Source: Nitrospirota bacterium | GTDB taxonomy: Bacteria; Nitrospirota; UBA9217 | DNA: 59,666 nt | Assembly: GCA_033854515.1 (NCBI GenBank) | Contig: JAWOJY010000110.1 | Coordinates: forward strand, 1 to 59,666 | Direction of reading: 5' to 3' | In this document: in pieces, positions 28,397 through 36,882 of the stretch | Position numbering within the stretch: the stretch's first letter is position 1 | Layout: every line of letters begins with the position of its first letter | Notes under the pieces: model-generated | What the model was told of the DNA's origin: nothing | The model's input: the letters and a program-made list of their open reading frames with translations, nothing else | The model's database searches: none | Program-made: the position numbers and the translations under genes

Positions 28397-28918
28397 TTAA
28401 TACGTAATCGTGAGCGTTATGGTATCCGCGTATGTCGTACCAGCCGGAGCGTTCTGATAGCTTGCCGCCGAAATGGATCCGGCAAGACCGAGTGCTATCG
28501 CTTTCCCGCTTCCGAAGCCCTGGCCCGTGCCGGTGTTGCCAGTGGTGCCGTTCACGCCACACGTGAAGGTGTAGTTCATCGTATTATTGCTTGCATCTTT
28601 CAGAGTGCCGGTGATCCCGCCGCCGGAACTCGCACAACTCGATGCACTGCCGCCATAGTTGTTACTTACCGCCGTTATGGTAAACGGTGTTCCATTCGAG
28701 CAAAAGACCGTGGCATCCGTTATGGTCGCCGATACGGGCCCGGCGAGGGAAGGGTCGATCGTGAACGCCAAACTGCCGGCGGCCCCAGCCTTACACACTC
28801 CGTTCAGCGTCCCTGTCACGTTCACCGTTGGTTGGATTTGTCCGGCAAAGGAAACGGTCACAGTGACAAGAACTGCCACCACAACGGTAATCGTTATCGC
28901 CGTATATTGTTTATTCAT
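28397..28918 (-). CDS. Spore-coat-U/Csu-type pilin (second subunit, 4 Cys)
   Basis: Signal peptide, VTGTL.GVC, LAFTIDP, VFCSNGTPFTI and AGTTYADTITLTITY; paralogous to 27692-28204. Confidence 0.85.
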   Translation of the reverse strand: MNKQYTAITITVVVAVLVTVTVSFAGQIQPTVNVTGTLNGVCKAGAAGSLAFTIDPSLAGPVSATITDATVFCSNGTPFTITAVSNNYGGSASSCASSGGGITGTLKDASNNTMNYTFTCGVNGTTGNTGTGQGFGSGKAIALGLAGSISAASYQNAPAGTTYADTITLTITY

Positions 28919-29036
28919 GCAAAACCTTCTTTTTGTTCTCGGTGAGGTATATGTCGACAGCTCATTATGCACGGATGCAAAGCCTTTCTTCATTGACTTT
29001 TTTAATTTGTTTATGCAAAATTTTATTTTTAGTAAA

Positions 29037-29065
29037 AGCATACTTTATTTTGCAAAAAATGTCAA
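29037..29065 (-). promoter_or_regulatory. Sigma70-type promoter of the chaperone-usher operon
   Basis: Minus strand TTGACA(29065-29060)-17 nt-TATGCT(29042-29037) in a very AT-rich gap. Confidence 0.65.
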
Positions 29066-29236
29066 GTATTTTCCTAATATTAAAGTATACATTCTTGTCA
29101 TCTCGTAACATATTGATTTATTGCGTTTTTTTAAAAATCCTAAATTTTGGATATTACGTTGCCAGAGTTAGGGGAAAAAAGGGTCATAATATAAGGAACA
29201 ACGACAGGACAAATTTTTGATGCAATCGATGGGCAG

Positions 29237-29256
29237 AGGGGAAAAGAAATTGTGGA
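29237..29256 (-). repeat. Right copy of the degenerate 20-bp inverted repeat (partner at 21512-21531)
   Basis: AGGGGAAAAGAAATTGTGGA, 25 nt past the hypD stop. Confidence 0.4.
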
Positions 29257-29281
29257 TAGTGTAGGCCGGCTCGCCGCTTCA

Positions 29282-30346
29282 CTAACGACTGTACTTATAA
29301 TAGGCTGCGCAGCTTCCTTCGCTCGAAACCATGCAAGCGCCGTAAGGGTGTTCGGGGGTGCATACATTGCCGAAGAGCCTGCATTCGGGCGGCACTTTGA
29401 TGCCGCGAAGCACTTCGCCGCACGAGCATCCTCTGGGTTCCGGAGACGGCGTTACGGCGATGTCGAATGCTTTTGACGCGTCGATCTTTTCAAAGCCTTT
29501 TCTGAACCTAAGTCCGCTGTCCGGTATGACGCCGATCCCCCTCCACCGGGAGTCAACCGGCTCAAAAACCTCCCGGAGCAGGGCAACTGCCTTTGGATTT
29601 CCTTTTGGCGTGACCGCACGCTTGTACTGAATTTCCACTTCAGCCTTTTTTTCAACCGCCTGTTTCACGATCATGAAGATCGATTCGAGGATGTCTCCCG
29701 GCTCGAACCCGGCCACGACGCACGGTTTTTTATACTTTTCGGCGACGAACAAATACGGTGTCGTGCCCAGGATTGCGCTGACATGGCCGGGCATGAGAAA
29801 GGCATCCACTTTGACCTCGACATCTTCGATCAGAGCGGTGAGGGCCGGAGGGATTACCTTGTGTACAGAATAGATGAAAAGATTGTCGCGCTTCATCGCC
29901 TCTCCGGCAAGAACCGCAACAGAGGGGGAAGTGGTTTCAAATCCTGTTGCAAAAAAAACAACTTTTTTTGCAGGATTTTCCTCTGCCATGGTCACGGTAT
30001 CGAGCGGCGAATACACGACACGGATGTCTCTGCCTTTGGCGCGCTCCATGAGAAGGGACGACGTAGATCCGGGCACTCTCATCATGTCACCGAAGGTGGC
30101 AAGGATTACGCCCTCTATACGTGCAAGAGCGATGGCCCGGTCGACGTCTTCTATGGCGGTCACGCAGACAGGGCAGCCGGGGCCGCTGATGAGCATAAGG
30201 GACGGCGGCAACAGCGATTTTATGCCGCTTTTGAATATGCTCACCGTATGGGTGCCGCAGACCTCCATGATCCTCATGGGATGGGGAAGGAGCTCATGTA
30301 TGTCCTGTACGAGTTTCTGTGGGTTTAGGGTGTTCATCGTTTTCAC
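29282..30346 (-). CDS. hypD: Hydrogenase maturation protein HypD
   Basis: MEVCGTH, GPGCPVCVT, GFETT, PGHVS and GACMVSSEGSCAAYY motifs. Confidence 0.97.
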   Translation of the reverse strand: MKTMNTLNPQKLVQDIHELLPHPMRIMEVCGTHTVSIFKSGIKSLLPPSLMLISGPGCPVCVTAIEDVDRAIALARIEGVILATFGDMMRVPGSTSSLLMERAKGRDIRVVYSPLDTVTMAEENPAKKVVFFATGFETTSPSVAVLAGEAMKRDNLFIYSVHKVIPPALTALIEDVEVKVDAFLMPGHVSAILGTTPYLFVAEKYKKPCVVAGFEPGDILESIFMIVKQAVEKKAEVEIQYKRAVTPKGNPKAVALLREVFEPVDSRWRGIGVIPDSGLRFRKGFEKIDASKAFDIAVTPSPEPRGCSCGEVLRGIKVPPECRLFGNVCTPEHPYGACMVSSEGSCAAYYKYSR

Positions 30347-30603
30347 TCGCCGCTTTCATAAAAGAGCTCGGAACGGTCATAGTCTGCAAGGAGTGCCACG
30401 GTCTCGTTGAACGTCCTGATGGTCTCCTCGGCGTACTCTTTCTCTATTTTCTGTATCGCGAAGCCGGCGTGGACAAGGACGTAATCGCCGACGGAAATGC
30501 GGTCGAGGAGCAGGGCGCTCACTTCCTTCCGGGCGCCTCCGGCATCAACAACTGCCTTGAGCCCATCGGTACTTATGACCTTGCAGGGGATTGCTACGCA
30601 CAT
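30343..30603 (-). CDS. hypC: Hydrogenase maturation chaperone HypC
   Basis: MCVAIP N-terminus and GDYVLVHAGFAI. Confidence 0.95.
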   Translation of the reverse strand: MCVAIPCKVISTDGLKAVVDAGGARKEVSALLLDRISVGDYVLVHAGFAIQKIEKEYAEETIRTFNETVALLADYDRSELFYESGE

Positions 30604-32888
30604 TTTACCCTCCATCCGCCGAGCGCCGCCTGCCCGAATGATATCCCGCCGTCGTTCGTCGGCACTTTCTTGTGTGTAAACACCTTCAAACCGGCTTCTG
30701 CCAGTCTCCCCAGGAGCATCTCGGTAAAGATTTTGTTCTGGAACGCGCCGCCGCTCAAACAAACCATGTTAAGTTCTTCAGATGATGCAATTTTTGTGAC
30801 CGCATCGGCAACAGCGGCCACAATAGTATTATGAAACAGCGATGCCGCTCTCTGCTTATCTCCTTTTTTCTTCACGTCCTCGATGATCTCGCTGAGCGCA
30901 TTTACGACATCGATGATCACCATGCCGTTTTCACTGATTATATCGTAAGCACAGGTCCCTTGCAACCGATTTACCGCAAGCGATTCGAGCCCGATCGCGG
31001 CTTCCGCTTCGAACGATGCATGATCGAAGCCTCCGATGACGGACGCCGCCGCATCGAACAGCCTTCCGCAGCTCGAGGTGAGGGGAGAGTTGATGCCCTT
31101 TTCCATGATGTTCAAAACCGCGTCGGCGCCGAGTTTCCCCCATCGTTCCATTATGTAAGCAATGTTGTCCTTTGAGGAAGACATCAGAGCGCTGACGGCC
31201 ATTCGCCACGGATGCTTTATCGCCATCTCCCCTCCAGGCATCGGGACATACCTGAAGTGCGCCTTCCTCGAAAAGCCGTCAAGGCTGCCGGCAAATATCT
31301 CACCACCCCATATGTTTCCGTCTCTTCCATATCCCGTGCCGTCGAGCGCTACGCCGATGGCGGCGCCTTCAACGCCGTTTTCGGCCATACATGACGCAAT
31401 GTGCGCTTCATGGTGTTGAATAGCGAATCCCTTCTTCTGTGTTTGCTTTGCCCATTTCGTAATGCCGTAATCCGGGTGCAGATCGTAGAAAACAAATTCG
31501 GGCTCTATATTGAACACGACTTTGAGATTTGAAAGCGTCTCTTCGAAAAGATTGAGAGTTTCATAGTTGTCCATGTCACCCAGGTGCTGGCTCACGATGG
31601 CCGCCCCGTCTTTTGCAAGAGTGAATGTACTTTTGAGTTCGGCGCCGCAGGCAAGGAGCGGGGGTACCGCGAAGGGTAGCCTCAGCGGATGGGGCGCATA
31701 TCCCCTGGAACGCCGGATGACGGACGGTTTCCCCGTGATAACGTTTACTACCGAGTCATCCACCCGTGTTTGAATATCACGGTTATGAATCAGAAAGGCG
31801 TCGCAGACAGGACCGAGTTTCTGCAGTGCTTCGTCGTTATCCCGTATGATCGGCTCTTCCGAGATGTTTCCGCTCGTCATAACAAGGGCATCGAAGTTCG
31901 GCCGTTTTCCTCCGGGATAAAAGAAAAGCAGGTGGTGCAGCGGCGAGTAGGGCAGCATGATGCCCACATAGGGGTTGTCCGGCGCCACGGATTCCGCAAG
32001 TCCGGCGTTGTCCTTTTTCCGGAGCAGCAGAGCAGGGGATTCGGGCGACAGCAGAAGCGCCTTCGAGACCTCGTCGAGTTGCCCGAACCGGGTGGCTGTC
32101 TCGATGTCCGGGCACATGATCGCAAAGGGCTTTCCTTTTCTTTTCTTCCTGTCCCGGAGCTTCCGAACGACGTCATTGTTTTTTGCATCGCAGGCTATAT
32201 GGAAACCGCCGATGCCTTTTACGGCGACAACAGCCCCCATCTTTAATAATCGTATGGTTGTTTCGATCTGTTTTTCTTCTTTGTTGATTTTAAATATTGA
32301 ATTTTGAATTATGAGTTTTAATTCCGGTCCGCATCGGGGGCAGGCGTTCGGCTGGGCGTGGAACCTGCGGTCGCGCGGGTCGTGATATTCCCGTTCGCAG
32401 TCTGCGCACATGCGGAACGCAGCCATAGTGGTGTTTTTTCTATCATAGGGGATGGTTTTCGTTATGCTGTATCTTGGCCCGCAGTTCGTGCAGTTGGTAA
32501 ACGGATAGTGATAATGACGGTCGCTGGGGTCATACAGCTCTGTTCTGCAGTTTTCGCATAGGGCTGTGTCAGGCGGGATGAAGGTCAACTCCGTGCCCGT
32601 TGACTCACTTTTCTTTATTTCAAAAGATTTGAAACGGGCAGGAGGAATAATGGTGACATCGATCGAGGCGATGTCGGAAAGCGGCGGGGCCTCTGTCTTG
32701 ATCTTTTCGATAAACAGGGATGCGTTCTTTCCCTCCGCCTCAATGACGACGCCTGCGGACGTATTGGTCACAAACCCCTTGATCCCGAGCGAACAGGCGA
32801 GATTGTACACAAAGGGCCTGAACCCCACCCCTTGGACCGTGCCCCTGATGGTGACCCTATACCGCGAGCCGTTTGACGATCCAGTCAT
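30594..32888 (-). CDS. hypF: Carbamoyltransferase HypF
   Basis: GTVQGVGFRPF, two zinc fingers (CxxC...FTNCTNCGPR; FHAQPNACPRCGP), KGIGGFH, HHEAH, DGTGYG and PTNDGGISFGQ. Confidence 0.96.
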   Translation of the reverse strand: MTGSSNGSRYRVTIRGTVQGVGFRPFVYNLACSLGIKGFVTNTSAGVVIEAEGKNASLFIEKIKTEAPPLSDIASIDVTIIPPARFKSFEIKKSESTGTELTFIPPDTALCENCRTELYDPSDRHYHYPFTNCTNCGPRYSITKTIPYDRKNTTMAAFRMCADCEREYHDPRDRRFHAQPNACPRCGPELKLIIQNSIFKINKEEKQIETTIRLLKMGAVVAVKGIGGFHIACDAKNNDVVRKLRDRKKRKGKPFAIMCPDIETATRFGQLDEVSKALLLSPESPALLLRKKDNAGLAESVAPDNPYVGIMLPYSPLHHLLFFYPGGKRPNFDALVMTSGNISEEPIIRDNDEALQKLGPVCDAFLIHNRDIQTRVDDSVVNVITGKPSVIRRSRGYAPHPLRLPFAVPPLLACGAELKSTFTLAKDGAAIVSQHLGDMDNYETLNLFEETLSNLKVVFNIEPEFVFYDLHPDYGITKWAKQTQKKGFAIQHHEAHIASCMAENGVEGAAIGVALDGTGYGRDGNIWGGEIFAGSLDGFSRKAHFRYVPMPGGEMAIKHPWRMAVSALMSSSKDNIAYIMERWGKLGADAVLNIMEKGINSPLTSSCGRLFDAAASVIGGFDHASFEAEAAIGLESLAVNRLQGTCAYDIISENGMVIIDVVNALSEIIEDVKKKGDKQRAASLFHNTIVAAVADAVTKIASSEELNMVCLSGGAFQNKIFTEMLLGRLAEAGLKVFTHKKVPTNDGGISFGQAALGGWRVKCA
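32287..32321. repeat. Five AT-rich 7-mer units inside the hypF reading frame
   Basis: ATTTTAA ATATTGA ATTTTGA ATTATGA GTTTTAA; encodes LKLIIQNSIFKI right after the second zinc finger. Confidence 0.7.
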
Positions 32889-33504
32889 ACCATCTGTCCA
32901 TGCCTTCGCCGGTCCGTGCCGACACATCGAGTATTTCGAGGTCCGGATTGATGCTGCGCGCGTCTTTTTTCACTTTTTCGACATCGAAGTTCGTGTACGG
33001 AAGAAGATCTATCTTGCTGATCAATAACAGCGACGATTCACTGAACATGAGCGGATACTTGAGCGGCTTGTCGTCTCCCTCCGTCGTTGAAAGGAGCATC
33101 ACTTTGGCGTCTTCACCGACCTTGAATTCCGCCGGGCACACGAGATTGCCAACGTTTTCTATGATAAGCAGCCCCCCACCGTCCAGCGAAAGGTCCTTCA
33201 GCGCCTCGCTGATCATATTGGCATCGAGGTGGCAGGCTCCGTGCGTGTTTATCTGGACCACGGGCACGCCCGTTTCCGCGATCTTTTCGGCGTCCCGTGT
33301 AGTTGCAATGTCGCCTTCGATCACGGAAATCTTGATCCTGCTCTTCAAGGCGTTAATCGTCGCGCCGAGAAGCGTGGTCTTTCCAGCGCCCGGCCCGCTC
33401 ATGACGTTGATGACGAAAAGCTTGTGTTTTTCGAACAGCCGTCGGTTTTCGTCGGCGATCCGGTCATTCGCTTCGAGTATGTTCTTTACGAGTTTTACTT
33501 TCAT
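32857..33504 (-). CDS. hypB: Hydrogenase nickel-insertion GTPase HypB
   Basis: SGPGAGKTT, EGD, CHLDA, ENVGNLVCPA, EGDDKPLKYP and SARTGEG; ATG 33504 follows SD GGGGAG. Confidence 0.96.
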   Translation of the reverse strand: MKVKLVKNILEANDRIADENRRLFEKHKLFVINVMSGPGAGKTTLLGATINALKSRIKISVIEGDIATTRDAEKIAETGVPVVQINTHGACHLDANMISEALKDLSLDGGGLLIIENVGNLVCPAEFKVGEDAKVMLLSTTEGDDKPLKYPLMFSESSLLLISKIDLLPYTNFDVEKVKKDARSINPDLEILDVSARTGEGMDRWYDWIVKRLAV

Positions 33505-33539
33505 CGACGTCTTCTCCCCGCAGGGAATGTGCCTGACGA

Positions 33540-33875
33540 TCACGTATCCGCGACCTCGATCTCTTCAATCTGAAGCTCCCTGCCGGTTATGAGCTTGAAA
33601 TTGCCGCCGCCGCATTTGGCGCAGGCAAAACAATAGTCGTTTATTTTGAAGACCTCGTCACAGTCTCCGCACCGGGCCGTCAGAGGAACGCGTTCGATAA
33701 CCAGGGCAGCTCCCTCCGCAAGCGTGCCCATGCTGGCAGACTGGAAAGAAAATTCCAGCGCTTCGGGAACTACACCGGACAGCTCTCCGATTCTCAGCCT
33801 GACGGCTGTGACCCGATCCTTTACCTGTTTTTTTATTATATCGAGTATGCTCTCTGCTATGGACAGCTCATGCAT
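33540..33875 (-). CDS. hypA: Hydrogenase nickel chaperone HypA
   Basis: MHELSIA, GELSGV, CxxC...CxxC and GREL motifs. Confidence 0.96.
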   Translation of the reverse strand: MHELSIAESILDIIKKQVKDRVTAVRLRIGELSGVVPEALEFSFQSASMGTLAEGAALVIERVPLTARCGDCDEVFKINDYCFACAKCGGGNFKLITGRELQIEEIEVADT

Positions 33876-34167
33876 AACGTATCATAAGATTTGCATTGTT
33901 CGGATTCTTGCGACGCTTATATTGTCGTCAGCGCTTGATGCATGACCTTGCCGATCATTACCAGTGGATACCGAGCACAAGACTTTTTAACCGCCTATCG
34001 ATATGTAATAATAGCAGTTCGGGCAGGAAATTTCAAGGAGAGAGGAACGAGTTGACCGGGCGTGGCCGGTTTCAAACAAGCCGCCGGACGGACTGTGAAG
34101 TTCACGGGAACGACGCAGGCTGTTTGAGCAAGACTTCCGATCAGCCCAGGCGGACGGCGGAAGCATG

Positions 34168-36312
34168 TTAATCCTGCGACAGCGAGAAGTCGATTCTTTT
34201 CCGCTCCCTGTCCACTCTGTCGACGCGCACCCTGACTTTATCCCCGATGCGAAAGACGCATTTGCGGCGCTCTCCGCGCAGACAGTGCTGTTTGTCGACA
34301 TAATGATAATAGTCGTCGGTGAGAGTGGAGATGTGAACGAGACCCTCGACGAACAGCTCGTTCAGCTGCACGAAAAAGCCGAAGGGCGCAACGCCGGTGA
34401 TAATGCCGTCATATGTTTCACCCAGCTTGTCCTTCATGAACAGGAGCTTGAGCATGGAGATCACGTCCCGTTCCGCTTCCATGGCCGTGCGCTCCCGGAG
34501 CGAGCAGTGGTCGGCCGTGTCCGGCAGGGTTTCGGAGAGTCGATCGACGTAGTGCACGTTCCTGAGAAGACCATGCGCCGCGGCTTTCAAAAGCCTATGG
34601 ACCACGAGGTCGGGATAACGCCGGATGGGCGACGTGAAATGTGTATAGCTCCGGGACGCGAGACCGAAGTGACCGACATTCTCCGAAGAATATCGCGCCT
34701 GCTTCATGGTCCGCAGCACCACCGTATTGACGAGCGCTTCCTCAGGCGCGCCTTTTGCCTGTGTCACCGCCTTTTGAAGAACGGACGGCTTGAGCTTTTT
34801 CCCCACGTGCAACTTGATGTCGAGCGTATCGAGAAAGTCAGTGAGATCCCGTATTTTCTCCTCATCCGGCTCTTCGTGGATGCGGTAAATAAAGGGCGCC
34901 TCCATCTTTTCCATGTGGCCTGCAACAGTCTCGTTGGCCGCAATCATGAATTCTTCGACGATCTGATGAGCCCTGTTCCGCTCGGCTCTGATGACATCGG
35001 TCATTCGGCCTTGAAGGTCGAGCACGATTTCGGGCTCCGGCAGGTCGAAGTCAATGCTGCCCCGCCTGGTCCTCCGCAAGCGAAGTATCTCCATAAGTTC
35101 GTCCATAAGTTCGAATTTCTCGAGAAGGCCTGCATAGCGCCTTCTCTGGGCAGGATCCCTGTCTGCCAGTATTTCCCGAACCGCCGTATAGGTCATACGC
35201 TCACTGCTTTTGATCACGCTCTCATAAATATCGTAGTTCAGAATTTCGCCATTCCCGGAAAAATCCATTTCCACAGTGAAGGCGAGCCGGTCAACGTCGG
35301 GGTTCAGGCTGCAGATGCCGTTGGACAGTTCGGGCGGGAGCATGGGGATGGCCCGGTCCGGCAGGTAGACGCTGGTTCCGCGCTGGTACGCTTCCTGGTC
35401 GATAATCGTGTCTTCTTTTACGTAGTATGCCACATCCGCTATATGGACCCAGAGGCGATAGCCGTTTCTGATCTTATCTATGGAGAGCGCATCGTCGAAA
35501 TCCCTGGCTTTTTCTCCGTCAATGGTCACCGTCGGCAGGTCCCTGAGATCGCGTCGGCCCCGGCGCATTGCCGCGGTGACCTGTTGAGGGATGACCGCAG
35601 CTTCCCGGAGCGCTGCCGGGGAAAACGCCGTCGGCAGTTCATATTCCTCGATGATCAGTTCCGACTCGATACCGGGTTGCCCCTTTTTCCCGATGAGCTT
35701 GACCACCTTGCCTTCCGCCGGCCGGCCGCGCACAGGGTAGGTGATGATCTCCGCCGAGACGATGTCCCCGGACCGAGAGCCTGCTGTGTTTTCAGGGCTG
35801 ATCATGACGTCCTGGATGATCCGCGGATCAGACGGAGTCACGAATCCGTAAACACCGGGACGGTCTTCGGAGGTCTCATAGGTGCCCACAATCTTCGTGT
35901 GTGCCCGCTCCAGGATACGGATGATTACACCTTCGCGCCTGCCCGTGTCCCGTTTCTTCCCGGCAGGTTTTGACAGCCGTACAACGACCTTGTCGCCGTC
36001 CATAGCGTCGAGGCGGCTCCGCGCGGAAATATAAACATCCGACGCGCCCTTTTTCTCGGGGATCACGAACCCGTAACCGTCGGAATGGGCCTGAAAGGTT
36101 CCGGTTTCGAGGTCCATCTTCTCCGGCAGCCCGTAGCGGTTGCCGCGGGTCTTGATTATTTCGCCGGTCAGAATAAGCTCGGTCAGTATATGTTTCAGCT
36201 CGGAGCGGTCTTCGGGTTTGAGTCTAAGCTGCCTCATCAGTTCCCGGAGCAGCATGGGCTTGCCGATCTTCGCTTTCAATGCATCAATGATGTGTTTGCG
36301 AGAATATGACAT
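34168..36312 (-). CDS. rnr: Ribonuclease R
   Basis: N-terminal HTH, cold-shock domains, TIDGEKARDFDDA, HIADV, HFGL..YTHFTSPIRRYPDL and a C-terminal S1 domain. Confidence 0.96.
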   Translation of the reverse strand: MSYSRKHIIDALKAKIGKPMLLRELMRQLRLKPEDRSELKHILTELILTGEIIKTRGNRYGLPEKMDLETGTFQAHSDGYGFVIPEKKGASDVYISARSRLDAMDGDKVVVRLSKPAGKKRDTGRREGVIIRILERAHTKIVGTYETSEDRPGVYGFVTPSDPRIIQDVMISPENTAGSRSGDIVSAEIITYPVRGRPAEGKVVKLIGKKGQPGIESELIIEEYELPTAFSPAALREAAVIPQQVTAAMRRGRRDLRDLPTVTIDGEKARDFDDALSIDKIRNGYRLWVHIADVAYYVKEDTIIDQEAYQRGTSVYLPDRAIPMLPPELSNGICSLNPDVDRLAFTVEMDFSGNGEILNYDIYESVIKSSERMTYTAVREILADRDPAQRRRYAGLLEKFELMDELMEILRLRRTRRGSIDFDLPEPEIVLDLQGRMTDVIRAERNRAHQIVEEFMIAANETVAGHMEKMEAPFIYRIHEEPDEEKIRDLTDFLDTLDIKLHVGKKLKPSVLQKAVTQAKGAPEEALVNTVVLRTMKQARYSSENVGHFGLASRSYTHFTSPIRRYPDLVVHRLLKAAAHGLLRNVHYVDRLSETLPDTADHCSLRERTAMEAERDVISMLKLLFMKDKLGETYDGIITGVAPFGFFVQLNELFVEGLVHISTLTDDYYHYVDKQHCLRGERRKCVFRIGDKVRVRVDRVDRERKRIDFSLSQD

Positions 36313-36314
36313 AA

Positions 36315-36370
36315 GAGTTCAAAATACAAAAGCAAGAAATCAAAAGTCAGGAGTCAGAAATCAGGAGTGG
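36315..36370. repeat. Eight degenerate 7-mer tandem units (consensus RRARTCA) directly upstream of rnr
   Basis: GAGTTCA AAATACA AAAGCAA GAAATCA AAAGTCA GGAGTCA GAAATCA GGAGTGG. Confidence 0.8.
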
Positions 36371-36413
36371 ACGTTGGAAGCAAACGTAGAAATCCCGCCC
36401 TCGGCCATACAGA

Positions 36414-36809
36414 TCATATCCGGAGAAGTTTGCCCGTTGATTCCGCCACGACGACGGGACCTTTTTTTATCTTTGCCTCCGCCTGAACCAGCCGGCGTGT
36501 TTCATTGAGGAGCCTGCCCGTGACGATAAGTTCTTCGCCCGGTGAGGCCGGCGACTTGAACTTCACCGTGATCTCGGCACTGACCGCGGGAATCCCGAGG
36601 CTGAAGGCAAGCTTGACCATTGCCTCGTCGAGCAGCGCGGCAAGGATGCCCCCGTGAACGATTCCTTCATATCCCTGGTGTGCTTTGGACGGCGTGAACC
36701 GGGCGCGAATGGATTTCGTATCCCTTTGGATCTGGAATTCGACGCCAAGGCCCGACGGATTGTCCGTACCGCATACGTAACAGCCCTGATTATCGCGAAG
36801 TTCTATCAT
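36414..36809 (-). CDS. PaaI-family hotdog thioesterase
   Basis: CYVCG.DNP.GL and HQGYEGIVHGGILAALLDE motifs. Confidence 0.9.
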   Translation of the reverse strand: MIELRDNQGCYVCGTDNPSGLGVEFQIQRDTKSIRARFTPSKAHQGYEGIVHGGILAALLDEAMVKLAFSLGIPAVSAEITVKFKSPASPGEELIVTGRLLNETRRLVQAEAKIKKGPVVVAESTGKLLRI

Positions 36810-36846
36810 GAGTGTTGTTATTTTGTTTTCCCGGCTTGCTGGAGGC

Positions 36847-36875
36847 TTGTATATCCCAATGCGGAACAGTATAAT
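36847..36875 (+). promoter_or_regulatory. Sigma70-type promoter for glnE, in a leaderless geometry
   Basis: TTGTAT-17 nt-TATAAT, then 7 nt to ATG 36883. Confidence 0.6.
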
Positions 36876-36882
36876 ATAAAAA

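Noticed and set aside
28973-28984. GGATGCAAAGCC, resembling a c-di-GMP-I riboswitch core
   Set aside because: It is on the strand opposite the pilin transcript and lacks the GCAAA...GAAA stem context
34165-35973. 602-aa plus-strand ORF
   Set aside because: Antisense shadow of rnr with no recognisable motifs
36315-36370. Short repeat arrays as possible CRISPR remnants
   Set aside because: Units are 7-10 nt, tandem, without unique spacers, and there are no cas genes
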